A stretch of DNA of 64,000 bases from an uncultured Alphaproteobacteria bacterium (GTDB lineage: Bacteria > Pseudomonadota > Alphaproteobacteria > Rs-D84), in the NCBI GenBank assembly GCA_934272785.1, contig CAKQSE010000002.1:3588-67587 (forward strand), read 5' to 3'. Below are positions 58,702-64,000 of this stretch, in pieces. Below the pieces are notes generated by a model, which saw only the letters and a program-made list of their open reading frames with translations, was not told the origin of the DNA and did no database searches. Every line of letters starts with the position of its first letter. Positions within the stretch are counted from its first letter, which is position 1. A program made the position numbers and the translations under genes.

Positions 58702-58731
58702 CACCGCCCCACCCGGGGCGGTCGTCTTTTT
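58702..58731 (+). terminator. RNase E/G gene terminator
   Basis: ACCGCCCC-ACCC-GGGGCGGT followed by CGTCTTTTT. Confidence 0.65.
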
Positions 58732-59139
58732 AGAGAGCAGAGAAAGTGAGTAAGTGATAGAGTGATAAAGTGATAGAGTTTTAGAATAGAAAACTATTCA
58801 TGTGTCGCCTGCGGACTGCGTCCTTGCCGCATCCTGCGCTTCGCTTGGATTCATTCCTGCGCAGGCAGGAATAGGGTCTCTAAAATTACTCCCACCTATT
58901 GTTGCACAATGTCCGTAAAATATGCTTTCTCAACCACGTGCCACCGTCATACCGGCGCAGGAGAGTCACCATTGTGTTCCCTTGGTATGTCATAATTGGG
59001 CGATTAGTCCACAATAATAAAATCTGCGATTGCTCGGACATGGCTCGCGTTCGCTCGCACTGCATAGTCCCTATTCCTGCCTGCGCAGGAATGACAATAA
59101 AGAGTGTCCGCCATCGGCGGACACAATCATTGCTCTCTG
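58731..59139 (+). repeat. composite non-coding repeat, copy B
   Basis: Same architecture as copy A. It differs by a 56-bp segment at 58795-58850 and by a TAGAGAGCAGAG left terminus. Confidence 0.85.
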
Positions 59140-59185
59140 TAATTTGTAATTGCCAAATGGGGCAAATTCGGCTACCGTTTAATAT

Positions 59186-61237
59186 ATGAATGCGGAACTG
59201 TTGGATTTTTTAAAAACCGACCTGCAATTCGTCAAGGGCGTGGGCCCCGTTCTGGCCGCGCGCTTTGACGATGTATTGGGCGGGCGACGCGTGCTGGATT
59301 TCATGTTGCATATTCCGGCATATATTCGCGCGCGTGGCGTCACCGAATGCGTGGCGGACGCAACACCGGGCGAAACACTGACAATCCCGTTACAGGTAAA
59401 ATCACACCGTCGTGGCCGCACATTTCGCGGTCGGCGTATTCCGACCCAGATTATTTGCAATGACCGCACGGGCGGCACCGTCACATTACAGTTTTTTAAT
59501 ACGCATTTCTTGGATTACTGGTTGGAAAAATTGCCGATTGGCGCGTGGCGCATGGTCAGTGGGAAACTGGAAAAATCCGCACGCCCCACAATCAATCATC
59601 CGGACTTTATTGAACCCATGGAAAACGCCGCCCGCATTCCGTCGATCCAGGCGATTTACCCATCTGGCGAGGGGTTGACCCAGAAAACATTTGCCGCCGT
59701 TCGGGACCAGATTTTTACCGCCCTGCCCGACAAATTGTCGGGCGAGACGGATGAAAACGTGCGCGAATTCTTTGACGCGATTGCACACGTGCATTATCCG
59801 GAATCCAACGATGATTTAATGCCAAATGCCAAATATATTGTAAAGTTGGCGTATTGGGAATTACTGGCGCACCAGACCGCCATCGCAATCAGCCGTCGCA
59901 ACCGCCGCGACCCGCGCAATCGACGCACTGTGCGACCATTAAAATACAATTTAATGGATAAATTCCGCGCGATATTACCATTTGCACTGACCGGCGCGCA
60001 ACAGCGCACAATTGATGAAATCTTTGCCGATATGGCGGGGCCGGTGCCGATGATGCGCCTGGTCCAGGGTGATGTTGGCAGTGGTAAAACCATCGTCGCC
60101 ATGGCGGCGGCGGTGCGCATGGCGGAAATGGGGGCCCAGACGGCAATGCTGGCCCCGACGGACGCGTTGGCATTGCAACACTATAACAAATTAAAACCGA
60201 TGTGCGATAAAATCGGCATTGTGTGCGACATATTGACCGGCCGGGACAAGGGCGCGGCACGACGTGAAAAACTGGTATCATTGCGTTCGGGACGCACACG
60301 ACTGGTTATCGGGACACACGCGTTGTTTTCTGATGATGTTGAATACCGCGATTTAGGATTGGTCATTGTGGACGAACAACACCGTTTTGGCGTTACACAG
60401 CGCGAGGCCCTGCGTGCCAAGGGCGCGAATCCTGACCTGTTGGCGTTGTCGGCAACCCCAATTCCGCGAACACTGTCGATGACGATATATGGCGATATGG
60501 ATGTATCGGTTATAAATGAAAAGCCGGCGGGCCACCTGGCCATCAAGACGACAAAACTGCCGATTTCACGCATTGGCGACCTGGTTGCGCGCATATCGGC
60601 ACAAATCGCCAACGGGGCCAAGGTGTTCTGGGTTTGCCCCATGGTCGAAGATAGCGAGGATGCCCCCGCGGCCGCTGCCACCGCGCGATACGAAGATTTA
60701 AAGAAATATTTCCCAACCGCCGGCCTGGTCCATGGCCAGATGGATAAAAAACAGCGCGACGCCACGATGGCAAAATTTGCCGATGATAATTCTGATATGT
60801 CATTGCTGGTCGCCACCACCGTCATAGAGGTTGGCATTGACGTCCCACGTGCAACAATTATGGTGATTGAAAACGCCGAACGTTTCGGACTGGCCGCCCT
60901 GCACCAGTTGCGCGGTCGTGTCGGACGCGGCAATACCCAATCGTATTGCGTGCTGTTGTTCGGAAAAACCACGGAACACGGTATGCAACGCCTGGACGTA
61001 TTGTGCGCGACCGATGACGGATTTGCAATTGCCGAACAAGATTTAATGATGCGTGGCACAGGTGAACTGATTGGCACACGTCAAACCGGTTGGATAAACT
61101 ATCACTTTGCCGATTGGCGCGAACATCGCGACCTGTTCCGCATGGCGGCAAATGCCGCGCGCGACAACATTGATACCAGTGCATGGGCGCGCGATTTGAT
61201 GTTTATATTCGATCGGGGGGCGCAAATCAGTGCGTAA
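59186..61237 (+). CDS. recG: ATP-dependent DNA helicase RecG
   Basis: Wedge domain plus SF2 helicase motifs GDVGSGKT, DEQHRFG and QLRGRVGRG. Confidence 0.95.
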   Translation: MNAELLDFLKTDLQFVKGVGPVLAARFDDVLGGRRVLDFMLHIPAYIRARGVTECVADATPGETLTIPLQVKSHRRGRTFRGRRIPTQIICNDRTGGTVTLQFFNTHFLDYWLEKLPIGAWRMVSGKLEKSARPTINHPDFIEPMENAARIPSIQAIYPSGEGLTQKTFAAVRDQIFTALPDKLSGETDENVREFFDAIAHVHYPESNDDLMPNAKYIVKLAYWELLAHQTAIAISRRNRRDPRNRRTVRPLKYNLMDKFRAILPFALTGAQQRTIDEIFADMAGPVPMMRLVQGDVGSGKTIVAMAAAVRMAEMGAQTAMLAPTDALALQHYNKLKPMCDKIGIVCDILTGRDKGAARREKLVSLRSGRTRLVIGTHALFSDDVEYRDLGLVIVDEQHRFGVTQREALRAKGANPDLLALSATPIPRTLSMTIYGDMDVSVINEKPAGHLAIKTTKLPISRIGDLVARISAQIANGAKVFWVCPMVEDSEDAPAAAATARYEDLKKYFPTAGLVHGQMDKKQRDATMAKFADDNSDMSLLVATTVIEVGIDVPRATIMVIENAERFGLAALHQLRGRVGRGNTQSYCVLLFGKTTEHGMQRLDVLCATDDGFAIAEQDLMMRGTGELIGTRQTGWINYHFADWREHRDLFRMAANAARDNIDTSAWARDLMFIFDRGAQISA

Positions 61238-62528
61238 AATTTGTGCATTTTTGTTATGCATGATTCTGGCGTTGCCGGCGCGCGCCGCGTCGTTGATAAA
61301 TGATACCGAGGTTGAACGATATCTAACCGAACTGGTCACGCCGATTGCCACCGCCGCTGATATTCCGGCAAAGCGTCTGCGCGTGCATATTGTGCGCGAT
61401 GACGATTTTAATGCGTTTGTTATGGGCGGTGACGATGTTTATATTTATACCGGCCTGTTGATGCAAATCAAAACGCCCGACGCATTACAGGCGGTTGTGG
61501 CGCACGAATTGGGACATACCATCGGCGGACACATGGCCCAGATGTCATCACGTATGGACGCCGAAATGCGACGCGCGATGCTGATTCAGGCACTGGGTAT
61601 CGGCCTGATGGTGGCGGGTGGCAACCCCAGTCTGGGCGCGGGCGTTGTGGCGGGGTCCAGTGGTATTGCCACGCAATCCATGCTGGCATTTTCCCGCGAC
61701 GAAGAACGCATTGCCGATAACCTGGGGCTGGATTTAATGGTGCGCGCGGGTCAAAACCCAAACGGATTTATCACCGTGTTTGAACAGATGCAGGAACAGA
61801 CCGGCGCAATGGAATCGCGCGTCAATCCAACACGGGTGAATCACCCCCTGACCGCCGAGCGTTTAAAAAATGTCCGCGACCGAATTGCAAAAATGGATTA
61901 CAAGCCCAAAAAGCAGAACGCCACACGCAACGCAAAATTTGAACTGGTGCGGGCCAAGTTGATTGGATACCTGGACACGTGGGCGCGGGTCAATGAACTG
62001 TATCCGGCGCGCGACACGCGTGACGCCGCAATATACGCACGTGCAATTGCTGCAATGCAGGCGGGCGACCTGGCCGCGGCCCAGCGCGGGACCAAAACCC
62101 TGATTTCGCACGATGCGAAAAATCCATATTTCTATGAATTGCTGGGTGATATTCAATATCAGTTCGGCCATTATGACGACAGCGTCGTCGCATATGAACA
62201 GTCATTAAAACTGGCGGGCAATGCGCCCCAGATTCAAACGGCACTGGCATTGGTATTGACCGAACGACGCAAGCCCGATGACCCCGCGCGCGCCATTGAA
62301 TTGTGCAAGCGCGCGATACTGACCGATGCCGCACCACTGACATACTGGGTATTGGCGCGCGCGTATGGCGATGATGACCCGGGCCGCGCCGCATGGGCAA
62401 CCGCCGAATACTATAATATGATTGGCAACGCCAAGAGCGCAAAAAAATACGCAAAAATCGCCCAGAAAAAATTAAAATCAAACGACGCAGAATACGTAAA
62501 GTCTGGTGACATTTTGGCCGGGAAATAA
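61230..62528 (+). CDS. M48 family metallopeptidase with TPR domain (BepA/YfgC-like)
   Basis: Signal peptide, HELGH zinc motif and C-terminal TPR-like repeats. Confidence 0.85.
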   Translation: MRKICAFLLCMILALPARAASLINDTEVERYLTELVTPIATAADIPAKRLRVHIVRDDDFNAFVMGGDDVYIYTGLLMQIKTPDALQAVVAHELGHTIGGHMAQMSSRMDAEMRRAMLIQALGIGLMVAGGNPSLGAGVVAGSSGIATQSMLAFSRDEERIADNLGLDLMVRAGQNPNGFITVFEQMQEQTGAMESRVNPTRVNHPLTAERLKNVRDRIAKMDYKPKKQNATRNAKFELVRAKLIGYLDTWARVNELYPARDTRDAAIYARAIAAMQAGDLAAAQRGTKTLISHDAKNPYFYELLGDIQYQFGHYDDSVVAYEQSLKLAGNAPQIQTALALVLTERRKPDDPARAIELCKRAILTDAAPLTYWVLARAYGDDDPGRAAWATAEYYNMIGNAKSAKKYAKIAQKKLKSNDAEYVKSGDILAGK

Positions 62529-62543
62529 GTCCCATGTTTGTGG

Positions 62544-62573
62544 TTGACACCGGTGCGCAAAAATTACTATTAT
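62544..62573 (+). promoter_or_regulatory. promoter of the LRR surface protein gene
   Basis: TTGACA-18-TATTAT. Confidence 0.45.
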
Positions 62574-62611
62574 CCGATTGAAAATTGACACAAACCGTGG
62601 GGGACGGTTTT

Positions 62612-64000
62612 ATGTTGCGTTGCGTGCGCCGTGTTTTATCGGCGATTTGTTGTGTTGCATTGATTATGGCGATGACAATCATCACATCGCCCGTGCCAGC
62701 AACCGCCGCGACAACATCTGAACCAGTGGTTCCTGTTCCAACCAGTCCCGCTGTCAATGTGAACTATGTTCACGGTGCAATAAATTCATATTGGGGAATT
62801 GATATACCGCCAAATGCCGCCATCTCTGACACCAAGAACGTTGTAAATATGAAATACTTGCTGGGCATGGTGGACATTGCAAATGCGCGCCTGGGGACAA
62901 CGACATCATATGGCACGGGCGAGTATGCAACATCTGGCGCGGTATCACAAAACACGGCCAATAACACAATAAAAACGCTGATACGGCGCAGTTATCCATT
63001 TACAATAACGACCACATCAACAAACAGTTTTTCGTTTAATATCAGTGCCAGCGGTCTGTTCTATATTGACTGGGGCGACGGCACCGAAATGCAGCAAATC
63101 GTCAAAACCGATACCAACACCCAAACAATCAGCCACACATACACGTCAACCGGTGCGCATACGATAAAAATGGGCGGACGTGCGACCGGGTATTCTGCAT
63201 CGGCGGCAATCAGTTTTGCCCAAAACACCACATTGGCAAAAATCAGCGGCAGCCTGGGGCGCATATTTGTCACACTGGGTGACGGCACACAGCCCAGTTT
63301 TTCGTCGGCATTTATGGGTTGCACCAATTTATCTGGCAGCATACCGGCCGAATTATTCGCAGGGATATCGGGCGCGCCCCGCACATCAATGTTCGAAGAT
63401 ACGTTTAATGGATGCGTGGGCCTGACGGGGGCGATTCCATCGGGGTTATTTTCCGGCATCACCGGTGCACCGGCGACATTGATGTTCAAGCATACTTTCT
63501 ATGGCTGCACGGGATTGACCAGCATTCCGTCCGGACTGTTTGCGGGGATTTCTGGCACCCCACAGAGCAGTATGTTCAATGGCACATTTTACGGTTGCAC
63601 CGGACTGCGCGGGGCGGTGCCATCTGGGCTGTTTGCGGGCATCACCGGCGCGCCGGCATACGCGATGTTTCACGAAACGTTTTATGGATGCACGGGGCTG
63701 ACGTCAATTCCGGCCAACCTGTTTGCAGGGGTATCGGGTGCACCCGCAGGATTGATGTTTAAAAATACTTTTTATGGATGCAGTCACCTGACCAGTATCC
63801 CGTCAGGACTCTTTGCCGGCATCAAGGGTGCACCCGCCAGCAGTATGTTCAACAGCACATTTGCAAATTGCACGGGGCTGACCAGTATTCCATCGGGATT
63901 ATTTGCCGGCGTCAAGGGCGCACCCGCCAGTGCGATGTATTACAGCACGTTTTCGGGGTGCACAAAGCTTTCGGGTCAAATACCCGTGGGCGTATTCGGC
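62612..64000 (+). CDS. BspA-type leucine-rich-repeat surface protein (3' end outside window)
   Basis: Hand-translated open frame from ATG 62612 (GGGGA SD) to the window edge; it is absent from the ORF track because no stop is reached. Signal-like N-terminus. At least 9 tandem ~24-aa units F.GCTGLTSIPSGLFAGI.GAP...MF. Confidence 0.7.
   Translation, partial: MLRCVRRVLSAICCVALIMAMTIITSPVPATAATTSEPVVPVPTSPAVNVNYVHGAINSYWGIDIPPNAAISDTKNVVNMKYLLGMVDIANARLGTTTSYGTGEYATSGAVSQNTANNTIKTLIRRSYPFTITTTSTNSFSFNISASGLFYIDWGDGTEMQQIVKTDTNTQTISHTYTSTGAHTIKMGGRATGYSASAAISFAQNTTLAKISGSLGRIFVTLGDGTQPSFSSAFMGCTNLSGSIPAELFAGISGAPRTSMFEDTFNGCVGLTGAIPSGLFSGITGAPATLMFKHTFYGCTGLTSIPSGLFAGISGTPQSSMFNGTFYGCTGLRGAVPSGLFAGITGAPAYAMFHETFYGCTGLTSIPANLFAGVSGAPAGLMFKNTFYGCSHLTSIPSGLFAGIKGAPASSMFNSTFANCTGLTSIPSGLFAGVKGAPASAMYYSTFSGCTKLSGQIPVGVFG
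63311..64000 (+). repeat. tandem ~72-bp coding repeats (LRR units)
   Basis: Recurrent ...TGCACGGGGCTGACCAGTATTCC.TC.GGA.T.TTTGC.GG... about every 72 nt. Confidence 0.8.

Overview
Dense 64-kb stretch of a diderm (Gram-negative-type) bacterial chromosome. I call about 64 protein genes and 4 tRNAs. I found no rRNA, CRISPR array, transposase or integrase. Most of it is housekeeping: ssb, rho, groES-groEL, tilS-ftsH, secG, rnc-lepB, ligA, fabI, recG, RNase PH, RNase E/G, ackA, a PBP1A-type synthase, htpX, tdk, prmC, tcdA-tatD-P-type ATPase, ABC and ABC-F ATPases, several beta-barrel outer-membrane proteins and two M23 peptidases. Protein sequences and gene neighbourhoods look alphaproteobacterium-like, but that is inference only. 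Many intergenic regions show clear TTGACA-17-TATAAT-type promoters and GC-hairpin plus T-run terminators, often bidirectional between convergent genes. Points worth a second look: (1) a four-helix-bundle (23S-IVS protein/Avd family) gene sits between inverted arrays of 8-nt-phased AGTGA repeats, and the same array heads a ~0.36-0.4 kb non-coding composite repeat present in 2 full copies plus 1 truncated copy; (2) an independent, highly structured ~228-nt sRNA candidate with its own promoter and terminator lies convergent to an orphan small HNH nuclease gene; (3) a ~170-nt structured leader with mutually exclusive terminator and antiterminator pairings lies upstream of a tiny HTH gene; (4) an orphan Rz/Rz1-like overlapping membrane-protein/lipoprotein gene pair follows rho; (5) a 399-aa HNH-like protein, apparently leaderless, abuts an inverted degenerate tRNA-Lys 3' half next to the real tRNA-Lys; (6) tRNA 3'-end debris follows tRNA-Arg; (7) an orphan phage-tail-fibre-like gene follows a 795-aa Q-rich coiled-coil protein. 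None of these can be proven from sequence alone. No multi-gene system of established type (defence, secretion, prophage) is recognisable.
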